This document shows, in pieces, positions 38,704 through 48,921 of a DNA stretch of 64,000 bases. Position 1 is the first letter of the stretch, and the number at the start of each line of letters is the position of its first letter. The stretch covers positions 448,001 through 512,000 of the forward strand of contig CAWHDR010000001.1 of the NCBI GenBank assembly GCA_963828165.1, read 5' to 3'. The translations under genes were made by a program, and so were the position numbers. The DNA is from an uncultured Chloroflexia bacterium. GTDB taxonomy: Bacteria; Chloroflexota; Limnocylindria; Limnocylindrales; CSP1-4. The notes under the pieces are model-generated. The model had not been told where the DNA came from and did not search any database. It was given only the letters and a program-made list of their open reading frames with translations.

Positions 38704-38843
38704 ACGGCGGTCGCGCTGGGGGCGCACTGCCGTGATGGGGGGAATGGGATCGGCCAGCCTTGGGGGGCGACCGATCAGAGTCCGACGTCCGGTCCTCCGG
38801 GGGGATGGGCCGGACGTCGTGACCACTCGTAGGGGACGTCGTG
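38704..38843 (+). other. Array of four hairpins with GGGG loops upstream of the BTAD gene
   Basis: Stems 38704-38733, 38748-38776, 38783-38819, 38824-38843; loops TGGGG, TTGGGG, GGGG, AGGGG. Confidence 0.6.
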
Positions 38844-38864
38844 CGACACCGATCCGCCACCCCG

Positions 38865-39650
38865 ATGGGCCTGGAGATCACGCTCCTCGGCCGATTCTCG
38901 GTCCGGACCACGACCGGGCAGGAGATCCGGCTCGTGGGGCGCCACGCGCAGGCCCTGTTCACGCTCCTCGTGTTGACCCGTCGACCGCGGACTCGCGAGG
39001 CCATCGCGACCGACCTGTGGCCGGAGTCGATGGTCACCGCCACAGGTCCATTACGCCAGGCCCTGTATCAGATGCGCGGAGCCCTGGCAGGCGCGGGGCT
39101 GGACCTCGATGCGACGCTCGAGGCGGATGCGGAGACGCTTGGCCTGCGACCGGACGTCGTTCACCACCTGGACGCGGATCGCTTCGAGGTGTGCATCGCT
39201 GACGCCGCCTGTGGCGCCGAGGCCGCGGTGGCGCTCTACGGTGGCGACCTCGCCGAGGGGCTTGGGCACGACTGCTTCGCCGCGGAGCGCGAGCGGCTCG
39301 CCGACCGCTACGAGGATGCCCTCGCACACGTGGCCGCTCAACGGCTGGAGGCGGGAGATGTGGATGGCGCCCGCGAAGCCGCGGAGCGGCTCATCGCGCG
39401 CGATCCGCTCCGCGAGGAGGCGCACGAGGTCCTCATCGCCGTGCATGGTCTGGTCGGGTCGCGATCACAGGTCGTCCGCCAGTACCGGCGCCTGCGCGTG
39501 GTGCTCGCGCGCGAACTCGCCGAGCGCCCGTTGCCGGAGACCGACGCGACGTATCGCCTCGCCCTGGCGCGGACCGTGGAGCGCTCGCACCTGCGCGCGA
39601 GCGCGATGGAGCGGCCGGCGGCGATCGCGTCCCTGGCCGCCGTCGGCTAG
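38865..39650 (+). CDS. Stand-alone SARP/BTAD transcriptional activator
   Basis: LLGRF, REAIATDLWPE, LYGGDLAEG, DPLREEAH, PLPET. Confidence 0.88.
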   Translation: MGLEITLLGRFSVRTTTGQEIRLVGRHAQALFTLLVLTRRPRTREAIATDLWPESMVTATGPLRQALYQMRGALAGAGLDLDATLEADAETLGLRPDVVHHLDADRFEVCIADAACGAEAAVALYGGDLAEGLGHDCFAAERERLADRYEDALAHVAAQRLEAGDVDGAREAAERLIARDPLREEAHEVLIAVHGLVGSRSQVVRQYRRLRVVLARELAERPLPETDATYRLALARTVERSHLRASAMERPAAIASLAAVG

Positions 39651-39736
39651 CTGCCGCCCGGAAGGGTCAACACGCCCCCGGACACTCCACCGGTGCGCGG
39701 GCCACTAGCCTCACCCGTCGGGCGTAGCATCAAGCC

Positions 39737-40162
39737 GTGCTACGCCCCGTTCTGACGCTGCTCGGCGCGATCCTCGTGCTTGCCGCATGTGCCGCGAGTG
39801 GCGGTGCCGACAGCCCGTCCGGAGGGCTGCCAACATCTCCCGCAGGTGCGTCCGGCGAGCCGGATGCGACCGGTGGCGACTCGCCCCCAATGGGGAGCGG
39901 TGGCGACTCGCTCCCCGCGTCGATCACCGATCCCATCGTCGCCGACGCAGCCACGCGCCTCGGCGTGGATCCATCTGCGGTCACGATCGTGGAGGCCAAG
40001 GCGGAGACGTTTTCCGATGGGTCGCTCGGGTGCCCCGAGCCCGGGATGATGTACACGCAGGCGCTCGTCGATGGGTACCAGGTCGTCGTGGAGGCGAACG
40101 GCACGCAGCTCGACTATCGCGGCAGCGCCCCGGGCAGGTTCAGGATCTGCCAGAACCCCTGA
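39737..40162 (+). CDS. Conserved lipoprotein
   Basis: Lipobox LAAC; DGSLGCPEPGMMYTQA..GY. Confidence 0.8.
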   Translation: MLRPVLTLLGAILVLAACAASGGADSPSGGLPTSPAGASGEPDATGGDSPPMGSGGDSLPASITDPIVADAATRLGVDPSAVTIVEAKAETFSDGSLGCPEPGMMYTQALVDGYQVVVEANGTQLDYRGSAPGRFRICQNP

Positions 40163-40209
40163 TGAACGCGTCCGCCGACGGCGCCTACGCCGGGGGACTT
40201 GAGACAGCC

Positions 40210-40548
40210 CTAGTCGGACTGGGACGGTGGCGGGATCGTCCGTTCGGCGTCCGGACGCTCGGCTTCGACCGCCGGAGCCACGGGAGCGAACGAGGACGGC
40301 CACGGGATGGTCCGTTCGGCGTCCGGGTGCTCGGACTCGATCGCAGGCGCCACGGGCGAGGCTGAGCTCGGGACCGGGATCGTCTGCTCGGCATCCGGAT
40401 GGTTGGTCTCGATGGCTGGGGCCACGGGAGAGGAGGAACCTTCCGGCACGAGCGACGGCGCGGCCGATCCGTCATCGAGGCGCTGTCGACACGCGGCGGC
40501 GACCCCGATCAGGAGCAGTGCGAGGAGTGTGATGAGCGCGATCCGCAT
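40210..40548 (-). CDS. Small lipoprotein with three 24-aa repeats
   Basis: Lipobox AAAC; (PVAPAxExxxPDAExTIPxPS)x3. Confidence 0.7.
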   Translation of the reverse strand: MRIALITLLALLLIGVAAACRQRLDDGSAAPSLVPEGSSSPVAPAIETNHPDAEQTIPVPSSASPVAPAIESEHPDAERTIPWPSSFAPVAPAVEAERPDAERTIPPPSQSD

Positions 40549-40617
40549 CGACACCCACATAGTGTGCCGCAGGGACGATGAATCGGCTTTCAAGGGAGAC
40601 ATGTATCCCTAGACGTA

Positions 40618-40648
40618 CCGAGACCCCCGGCGGTGCCGGGGGTCTCGG
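40618..40648. terminator. Hairpin downstream of the M6 protease gene
   Basis: CCGAGACCCCCGGC-GGT-GCCGGGGGTCTCGG. Confidence 0.7.
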
Positions 40649-40693
40649 GGCTTCTGGCTCGGGACGATCAGGTCCCGTCGTGATGGCTGTGGC

Positions 40694-43474
40694 TTACGGC
40701 GCCGGTGCCGGCACGACCCGGATGGTCGCGTAGGTGTTGCCCTTGCCGACCTTGCGAACCTCGAACGAGACGCCGATCGCGACGCCGTCGTCAGCCGGGT
40801 TGCCGGTGCCGAGAACGATGTTCGAGCCAAGATCCACGCCGTAGAACTCGGGCAGCGGATTGCCGTTCGCATCGACCACGCGGGTCGAATACGGGGCGTT
40901 ACCGACCGAAGGCACGACGACCGAGGCGTCGATGTCGCGGAAGAACAGGCTGCTCCCCCGGATCTCGATGCCTGGATACCAGCCCTTCGCGTCCGTGAAC
41001 TTGCGGACCGCGGACTGCGACCCGAAGTTCGTGCAGTACTCACTGAACGGCTCTGCGGGCAGCAGCTCGAAGCACTCGCGGAACGGGTACGTGCTGCGCA
41101 GGCCGAACGCGATGTTCGACGACTGCGGGCGCGATGGGAGGTTGTTGAGGGTCGATGGATCCTTGTCGGCCGCCAGCCCTGTCCGCCGGAACGGGTCGAA
41201 GTGGCTGTCGACGAGGAGGAGGCCACCCTTCGAGCCGGTGCTCGGCAGGGCCGTGGTCGTCGTGGTCACGTGGTTGTTGTTTCCCCACGTGGTGTCGCGG
41301 TACCAGACGAGCATGCCAGGGGCGTTGTACTTGATCTTCTCGACCTTCCACGCGTCGTGGAGGTAGGTCGAGTCGTACGTGTACTGCAGGCCCTTGTCGA
41401 AACCGTCGAAGTTCCGCCACTCGGCCATGTAGTAGTGGGCCTTGACCTGCGTACCCGAGTCGCGGTGCCAGCCAACGCCGGTCGTATTGGTGAAGGTGGA
41501 TACCACGGGCACCCAGTCGCCGTCGGTCTCCGCGTCGTCACTCCAGACGGTCGCGCCGCCCGAGGTGATCGAGAAGTCGTCGGCGAACCAGTTGCGCTCC
41601 TGGAACGCTTCGTCGGTCGCGAGTCGCAGTCGGAGCTTGATGTTCTGGCCGGCGAACGGGGCCAGCTTGACGTAGTCGAGACGCCAGCCGTGGCTGTCAC
41701 CGGTCAAGCCGTACTTCTTGTCGCCGTAGTCGTGCATCCGGCCGTTCGGGTCGGCATACCCATCGGGCGTCGAGACCTCGACGTCGGCGCCCGTGTAGAT
41801 CTTCTGCTCGGCCCACGTCGTGCCGCCATCGGTCGAGACCTCGAGGAACCCGAAGTCCCAGTCTGCCTCGATGACGTAGTTGTTCCAGAGATTGAACCGG
41901 GTGTCGGCGCCGGCCGGCACCGCGATGTCGCGGGTCAGTCGGACGTCCGCATTGGCCTGGTCGGAACCGCTGTACCACATGCCGGTCCCGCTGTGCGGCT
42001 CGGCGAGGGTGATGACCTTGTTCGGAAGGTCGACCTTGATGCCGTCCTTCGTGCCCTTCGGGGTCCGCGACGTCTGGCCGAGCTGGACATTGCGCGCCGC
42101 CGAGCCCGGAGTGAGGATCAGCGGGTCGGCCCAGCCGAGCACCCACTTGTCCCACAGTCCCATGTGCGTCGGGAGCGACTGGAAGATCGGGCCGCTGTGC
42201 GAGCCCGTGCTCATGAGATCCCAGAAGTCGACAGCGGACTCACCGGCACCCGAGGTGTCGTACAGGTCCGGCAGGCCCAGATCATGGCCGTACTCGTGGG
42301 CGAACACGCCCACACCCGAGTCCTCGGGCTGCACGATGTAGTTCCAGACCTCGATGTCGGTGCCCGGAACCTGGTGGCCGCCGATGATGGTCGAGGAGTG
42401 TGCCCAGATGGCGTAGACGCCCTGCGCGCCACCGCCACCGGACTTGTCCTCGCCCGAGTGGACGAGCACGAGGTGGTCGACGATGCCGTCAGGCTCGAAG
42501 ACGTTGCCGTCACCGTCGGCATCGCCCTGGTCCTCGATGTCGTAGTCCTCCCAGGGGAAGTCCGGCTGCGCGGCTGCGAGTGCGTCGACGGCATGCTCGC
42601 CGAGCGTGCCGGCGCCGCCGGGGTTGTCCGGATGGCCGTTCATGGACTGGATGGCACCGGCTTCCCACACGCCCGCGGCGTTCTGGAAGCAGCGGTTAGC
42701 GCCGTACCACCCCTCGGAATGCGGGACGGTCACCCACGGGGTGGCCGAGCCATTCACGGTGTACGCGCCCTTGGACATCTCCTCGTACATGTTCTTCATG
42801 GTGTAACCGGAGATGTCGATGCCGGCCTTGCCGTCGGGACCGATCAGGTCGGGCCGGACCCGGGTGGTGATGCCCGTCTTGGTGTAGAGCATCTTGTTGA
42901 AGTGGTCCGGCGAGAAGTCCGGCACCCAGAACGTGTTGTTGTCCTCGTGGGTGTAGGTCGTCGGATCCGGGATCTTGTTGTGGAGCGGACCGTTCTGGAC
43001 GTTACCGGGGATGCATTCGCGGCTCTCGAATACCGTCCGCGGCACCATGCTGCCCGTAAAATCGTCGTTCGCCGAGTTGTTGAACTCGACGAGGATCGTC
43101 AGGAGCCGAGCCTCCTGCATGTTCTTGGCTTGCTTGATCTTGCGCGGGCTCGTCTTGGCCTTCATGGCCTTGGCCTCGATCTTGGCCAGCATCTTCGCAT
43201 CGCGCGGGTTGCCGCCGGCGAACTTGCGATCGACCGCGTTGGCCTTATCGATCGCGGCCTTGCGGAGGCCGTTCTTGCCCTTGACTTCCTTGCCGCTGGT
43301 CGAGCGTTCGGCCTGCGGCGCGGCGTAGTTGATGTAGTAGCCGAGGTCTTCGGCCGGGGAAGGTTCGTCCGCGCTTGCGACTCGCTGGGCGACGAAGAGC
43401 GCCGAAGCGAGGAGCGCCAGGACGATGAACGGCGTCAGCAGCCGCATCGCGGCCGTACGCGTCGTCGGTGACAC
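40694..43474 (-). CDS. Immune inhibitor A family (M6) secreted metalloprotease
   Basis: Signal peptide; HEYGHDLGLPDLY; WDLMS; GGAGG SD. Confidence 0.93.
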   Translation of the reverse strand: MSPTTRTAAMRLLTPFIVLALLASALFVAQRVASADEPSPAEDLGYYINYAAPQAERSTSGKEVKGKNGLRKAAIDKANAVDRKFAGGNPRDAKMLAKIEAKAMKAKTSPRKIKQAKNMQEARLLTILVEFNNSANDDFTGSMVPRTVFESRECIPGNVQNGPLHNKIPDPTTYTHEDNNTFWVPDFSPDHFNKMLYTKTGITTRVRPDLIGPDGKAGIDISGYTMKNMYEEMSKGAYTVNGSATPWVTVPHSEGWYGANRCFQNAAGVWEAGAIQSMNGHPDNPGGAGTLGEHAVDALAAAQPDFPWEDYDIEDQGDADGDGNVFEPDGIVDHLVLVHSGEDKSGGGGAQGVYAIWAHSSTIIGGHQVPGTDIEVWNYIVQPEDSGVGVFAHEYGHDLGLPDLYDTSGAGESAVDFWDLMSTGSHSGPIFQSLPTHMGLWDKWVLGWADPLILTPGSAARNVQLGQTSRTPKGTKDGIKVDLPNKVITLAEPHSGTGMWYSGSDQANADVRLTRDIAVPAGADTRFNLWNNYVIEADWDFGFLEVSTDGGTTWAEQKIYTGADVEVSTPDGYADPNGRMHDYGDKKYGLTGDSHGWRLDYVKLAPFAGQNIKLRLRLATDEAFQERNWFADDFSITSGGATVWSDDAETDGDWVPVVSTFTNTTGVGWHRDSGTQVKAHYYMAEWRNFDGFDKGLQYTYDSTYLHDAWKVEKIKYNAPGMLVWYRDTTWGNNNHVTTTTTALPSTGSKGGLLLVDSHFDPFRRTGLAADKDPSTLNNLPSRPQSSNIAFGLRSTYPFRECFELLPAEPFSEYCTNFGSQSAVRKFTDAKGWYPGIEIRGSSLFFRDIDASVVVPSVGNAPYSTRVVDANGNPLPEFYGVDLGSNIVLGTGNPADDGVAIGVSFEVRKVGKGNTYATIRVVPAPAP

Positions 43475-43739
43475 GATCTGTCTCCTCCAGATTCGTAGGG
43501 TGACGCGAGCGCATGCGGCGGGGCCGCATGCGTCCACGGCGGAGCTGGGGGCGATCCAGCCGGTGCCTGGCCTCCAACATCAGACACGGCGATCTCACTT
43601 CGACGCCTGGGGATTGGGGCTCCCCAAGGCTCGAATGCGTTCGTGCTAGGACCCTAACGCCGTAACCGGCCGTGGGTCAACTCAGGGGCGGCGACGTGGC
43701 CACCATGCGTTGCTCGTTGGCAACGCAACTTTCTCGGGC

Positions 43740-44852
<1,113 letters not shown>

Positions 44853-44871
44853 TCACCCGGGGTGGCCGAGC

Positions 44872-45039
44872 ATGAGCGGCGCGTACGCCGCCCTCGGCAT
44901 CCTGCTCATCCTGTTCGCCATCCCGTTCGGGTTGATGCTGGCACCCCTGGCCATCGGCGTGATCGTCCTCGTGTTCGCCGTGCGCCGCATGGACCGGGCC
45001 GTCGGGCCCATGGATCGCTCGACATCGGCCTCGGCATGA
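44872..45039 (+). CDS. Small 2-TM protein
   Basis: MSGAYAALGILLILF...; ATGA overlap with the next ORF. Confidence 0.55.
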   Translation: MSGAYAALGILLILFAIPFGLMLAPLAIGVIVLVFAVRRMDRAVGPMDRSTSASA

Positions 45040-45290
45040 GCGACCTCCTCCTGCTGGCCGTCGTGATCGGTTTCCCGGCCGCGACGATCCTCGGCTTCCT
45101 CGGTCTCCTGACGCTCGGGGTGGCGGCCGTCGCGGATCTCGACGGGAACGGCCCCATGCACGCCCCATCCGGCCCACTCGATGGCGCGGCTCAACCGGCG
45201 CCGGGGTCGTCCTCGAGCGTATCCACCGCCGTCGGATCGCCGACGAGCGGCCCCGCTGCCCGGATGTCGTCGGTCACGCCGGCGGCGTAA
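45036..45290 (+). CDS. Small membrane protein overlapping the pckA 3' end
   Basis: MSDLLLLAVVIGFPAATILGFL... Confidence 0.4.
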   Translation: MSDLLLLAVVIGFPAATILGFLGLLTLGVAAVADLDGNGPMHAPSGPLDGAAQPAPGSSSSVSTAVGSPTSGPAARMSSVTPAA

Positions 45291-46852
45291 TCGGCGAAGT
45301 TCGCGGCGAACATCCCCGCGAGGATCCTGGCCTGTCGGTCATAGGCGTCCTTGTCTGCCCATGTGGCGCGGGGGTCCAGGAACGACGCCGGCACGTCCGG
45401 ACAGGTCAGCGGGACCTCGACGCCGAAGTTCGGATCGACCCGCATCTCCACGGACGCGAGAGCGCCGTTGAGCGCCGCCCGGACCATCGCCCGGGTGTGC
45501 GCGATGTCCATGCGCTCGCCTGTTCCGTACGGCCCGCCCGTCCAGCCGGTATTGACGAGCCAGACGGTGGCGTCCTGGGCGGCCAGGCGCTCGGTCAGCA
45601 TCGCGGCGTAGAGACCCGGGTGACGCGGCATGAACGGGGCTCCGAAACAGGCGCTGAAGGTTGCCTTGGGCTCCTTGACCCCGACCTCGGTGCCGGCCAG
45701 CTTGGCGGTGTACCCGCTGATGAAGTGGTAGGCAGCCTGGGCGTGGGTCAGCCGCGAGATCGGCGGCAGCACGCCGAACGCATCGGCCGTCAGCAGCACG
45801 ACGGTCCGTGGCTGGCCGGTCATCCCGGTCGGGTCGGCGTTGCCGATGTAGTGCAGCGGATACGCGCCCCGGGTGTTCTCGGTGAAGCGCTCGGAGTCGA
45901 GATCGAGTTCGCGCGTGTCCGGGTCCAGGTCGACGTTCTCGAGCACGGTCCCGAAGCGCCGGGTCGTCTGGAAGATGTCGGGTTCGTACATCGGTGAGAG
46001 CCGGATCGTCTTCGCGTAGCAGCCGCCCTCGAAGTTGAACAGGCCGTCCGGGCCCCAGCCGTGCTCGTCGTCGCCGATGAGGCTGCGCTCGGGGTCCGCG
46101 GAGAGGGTGGTCTTGCCGGTCCCGCTGAGCCCGAAGAAGACGACGGGGTCCCCGGCCTTGCCGACGTTGACCGATGAGTGCATCGGCAGGACGCCCTCGT
46201 CGGGCATGAGGTGGTTCATGACGGTGAACGCCGACTTCTTGATCTCGCCCGCGTACTCCGTGCCGACGATCAGGATCTCCATGCGCTCGAGATGGACGAG
46301 GATCGCCGTCTCGGTGCGCGTTCCCTCGGTGGCCGGATCGGCCTTGAACGACGGAACGCAGATGATCGTGAAGTTCGGTTCGAAACCCACGAGGTCCGCC
46401 GCCCCCGGGCGGCGGAAGAGGTTGCGCGCGAACAGGCTGGCCCAGGCGGTCTCGGTGTAGATGCGCAGCCGGCGCTGGTGGGTCGGATCCGCCCCGATGT
46501 GGAGGTCCTGCGCGTAGAGCTCCTTCTCGGCGCAGTAGGCGACCAGGCGCGCACGGAGGCGGTCGTAGTTCGCCTCGGTGATCGGCCGGTTGACCTCGCC
46601 CCACCAGATCTTGTCGCGGGTGGTGGGCTCGTCGACGATGAACTTGTCCTGGGGCGAGCGACCGGTGTGCTTGCCGGTGCGGACGACCAGCGGGCCGTCC
46701 GCGGCGATGATGCCCTCGCCGGCTCGGATCGCGTCCTCCACGAGCTCGGCCGACGAGCGGTTCACCCGCAGGCGGCGGCCCAGCGGCGGGCGAACTCGGC
46801 CGGCGGCGGGCGTCGGGGGATGATCGGGGCGGGCGGGATGCGTGGTGGCCAT
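45191..46852 (-). CDS. pckA: PEP carboxykinase (ATP)
   Basis: TGRSPQDK, YAGEIKK, GLSGTGKTTLS, LIGDDEHGW, FEGGCYAK. Confidence 0.97.
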   Translation of the reverse strand: MATTHPARPDHPPTPAAGRVRPPLGRRLRVNRSSAELVEDAIRAGEGIIAADGPLVVRTGKHTGRSPQDKFIVDEPTTRDKIWWGEVNRPITEANYDRLRARLVAYCAEKELYAQDLHIGADPTHQRRLRIYTETAWASLFARNLFRRPGAADLVGFEPNFTIICVPSFKADPATEGTRTETAILVHLERMEILIVGTEYAGEIKKSAFTVMNHLMPDEGVLPMHSSVNVGKAGDPVVFFGLSGTGKTTLSADPERSLIGDDEHGWGPDGLFNFEGGCYAKTIRLSPMYEPDIFQTTRRFGTVLENVDLDPDTRELDLDSERFTENTRGAYPLHYIGNADPTGMTGQPRTVVLLTADAFGVLPPISRLTHAQAAYHFISGYTAKLAGTEVGVKEPKATFSACFGAPFMPRHPGLYAAMLTERLAAQDATVWLVNTGWTGGPYGTGERMDIAHTRAMVRAALNGALASVEMRVDPNFGVEVPLTCPDVPASFLDPRATWADKDAYDRQARILAGMFAANFADYAAGVTDDIRAAGPLVGDPTAVDTLEDDPGAG

Positions 46853-47113
46853 CAGTGGTCGGACTCCTTGGCGCGAGTCATCACGTCACGAGTCGACCGG
46901 CCGCGCGTGATGCGGGCCCTGACGGGCACCGCAAGAGTCGGCTTCCACAGTCGCGTAGGGCGGGATTGTACATGGGTCGGCGGCTGGAGGTTGCGCTCCG
47001 GTGGCGAGAAGGTTGCGTCGGGGCACCGCCGCGGTTCCGTTTCTGGCCTGCGGCGCGCCGTGCCTTGACGATTGCCCAGGCCGCACCTAGCATCGCCCTA
47101 CAACTGAAGAGCG

Positions 47114-47216
47114 CTTATCAAGAGTGGCAGAGGGACCGGCCCGTTGAAGCCACGACAACCTACCGGCGCGATGCCGGCAAGGTGCCAATTCCGGGCAGGT
47201 CCTCCTGCGAGATAAG
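47114..47216 (+). ncRNA. SAM-I (S-box) riboswitch
   Basis: CTTATCAAGAG..GAGGGACCGGCCC..GAAGCC..CAACC..GGTGCCAATTCC..GATAAG. Confidence 0.92.
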
Positions 47217-47309
47217 GGAACTCTTCGGAGCCCCCTCGAAGCGATCAGGCTCGTCCGTCCGTACCGGTCCCCGCGCCGCGCCACGCCGCCCACGCCCGGA
47301 GACCACGAA

Positions 47310-48644
47310 ATGACGACCGATACGCTGACCCCGCCGACAACGACGACACGAGACGCGCCAGCCGTTGTCGCCCGCGGGCGCCTGACCGGCATGACCTGTC
47401 GCAACTGCGGCCTCACCCAGCCGATCGCCCTGGCCTACGTCTGTCCGGCCTGCTTCGGACCGCTCGAGGTGACCTACGACCTGGCCGTGGTCGCGGCCAC
47501 GCTGACACACGAGACGATCGCGCGGCGCGCGCCGGGCATCTGGCGCTACCTGGAGCTGCTCCCGGTCGACGCGGCGCCGGCGCGGTCGCTGCCAGTCGGC
47601 TCCACGCCGTTGCTCGATGCCGCCCGGCTGGCCCCGACCCTGGGCGTCGACCGGCTCTGGCTGAAGGACGACACCCGCAATCCATCCCTGAGCTTCAAGG
47701 ATCGGGCGGTCGCGATCGCAGCCGCACGCGCCGTGGGATTCGGCGTGCCGGCGCTCGCCTGCGCCTCGACCGGGAATCTCGCGGGCGCCACGGCGGCCGC
47801 GGCGGCGGCAGTCGGGATTCCCGCCTATGTGTTCATCCCGGCCGACCTCGAGCCCGCCAAGGTCGACCACGCGTTGGCCTACGGCGCGACCGTGGTCCCC
47901 ATCGACGGCACCTACGACGACGTCAACCGCCTGTGCCTGGAAGTGGCAGACGAGACCGGCTGGGGCTTCGTCAACATCAACCTGCGGCCGTTCTACGCGG
48001 AGGGTTCGAAGACCCTCGCCTACGAGATCGCCGAGTCGCTCGGCTGGCGCACGCCGGACGTGATCGTCGGACCGGTCGCGTCGGGCGCGATGTTCACCCG
48101 CGTCGCGCGCGGGTTCGAGGAGCTCGCCGACCTCGGTCTCGTCGAGCGCCGGCCGATCCGGTTCGTCGGCGGTCAGGCGGCTGGCTGTGCGCCCGTGGCC
48201 ACGGCCTGGGAGGCGGGAACGGACGTCATCACCCCGGTTCGGGAGCCGGACACGATCGTCCGCTCGCTGGCCATCGGCAACCCGGCCGACGGGCGCTACG
48301 CGGTCGAGGTCGCCCGGGATAGCGGCGGCTCGATCGAGGCGATCTCCGACGAGGTCACCGCGGCGGCGATCCGCGATGTCGCGCGGCTCGAAGGGCTCTA
48401 CCCGGAGACGGCCGGCGGCGTGACGCTCGGCGCGGTCGCCGCCGCGCGGCGACGCGGCGTGATCCGCGATGGTGACGAGGTCGTGGCGCTCCTCACAGGC
48501 AACGGACTCAAGACGCCCGACGCCCGCCTCCTCGGGCTGCCGGACGGCGGCAACGCCCCGGCCCGACCCGGACAGCCCGGGCTCGCCCCGGTCATCCGCC
48601 CGAGCCTGACGGCCTTCGAAGCCTGGCTGGAGGACGCTTCATGA
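47310..48644 (+). CDS. Threonine-synthase-like PLP enzyme (candidate O-phosphohomoserine sulfhydrylase)
   Basis: Zn-ribbon CRNC/CPAC, NPSLSFKDR, ASTGN, TGNGLK; downstream of SAM-I. Confidence 0.88.
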   Translation: MTTDTLTPPTTTTRDAPAVVARGRLTGMTCRNCGLTQPIALAYVCPACFGPLEVTYDLAVVAATLTHETIARRAPGIWRYLELLPVDAAPARSLPVGSTPLLDAARLAPTLGVDRLWLKDDTRNPSLSFKDRAVAIAAARAVGFGVPALACASTGNLAGATAAAAAAVGIPAYVFIPADLEPAKVDHALAYGATVVPIDGTYDDVNRLCLEVADETGWGFVNINLRPFYAEGSKTLAYEIAESLGWRTPDVIVGPVASGAMFTRVARGFEELADLGLVERRPIRFVGGQAAGCAPVATAWEAGTDVITPVREPDTIVRSLAIGNPADGRYAVEVARDSGGSIEAISDEVTAAAIRDVARLEGLYPETAGGVTLGAVAAARRRGVIRDGDEVVALLTGNGLKTPDARLLGLPDGGNAPARPGQPGLAPVIRPSLTAFEAWLEDAS

Positions 48645-48913
48645 GCACCGTTCGCATCCCCCCGACCCTCCGAACCTCGACCGGCGGGGCCAAGCTCGTC
48701 GACGTCTCGGGCGGCACGGTCCGCGAGGTGATCGCGGGCCTGGTCGCCGCGCATCCCGGGCTCGAATCGCAGCTGATCGCCCCGGACGGCGACCTGAACC
48801 GCTTCGTGAACGCCTTCCTCAACGACACCGACGTGCGCCACCTCCAGGCGCTCGACACCCCCGTCGGCGAGGCGGACACCCTCGTGCTCCTTCCGGCGAT
48901 GGCCGGCGGCTGA
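48641..48913 (+). CDS. MoaD/ThiS/CysO-family sulfur carrier
   Basis: VRIPPTLR, RFVN, C-terminal AGG; ATGA overlap. Confidence 0.93.
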   Translation: MSTVRIPPTLRTSTGGAKLVDVSGGTVREVIAGLVAAHPGLESQLIAPDGDLNRFVNAFLNDTDVRHLQALDTPVGEADTLVLLPAMAGG

Positions 48914-48921
48914 CTCCGTCC

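Noticed and set aside
40210-40440. Repeats as a CRISPR array or microviridin/graspetide cores
   Set aside because: In-frame degenerate coding repeats without spacers; no TxKxPSD motif and no ATP-grasp ligase or cas genes nearby
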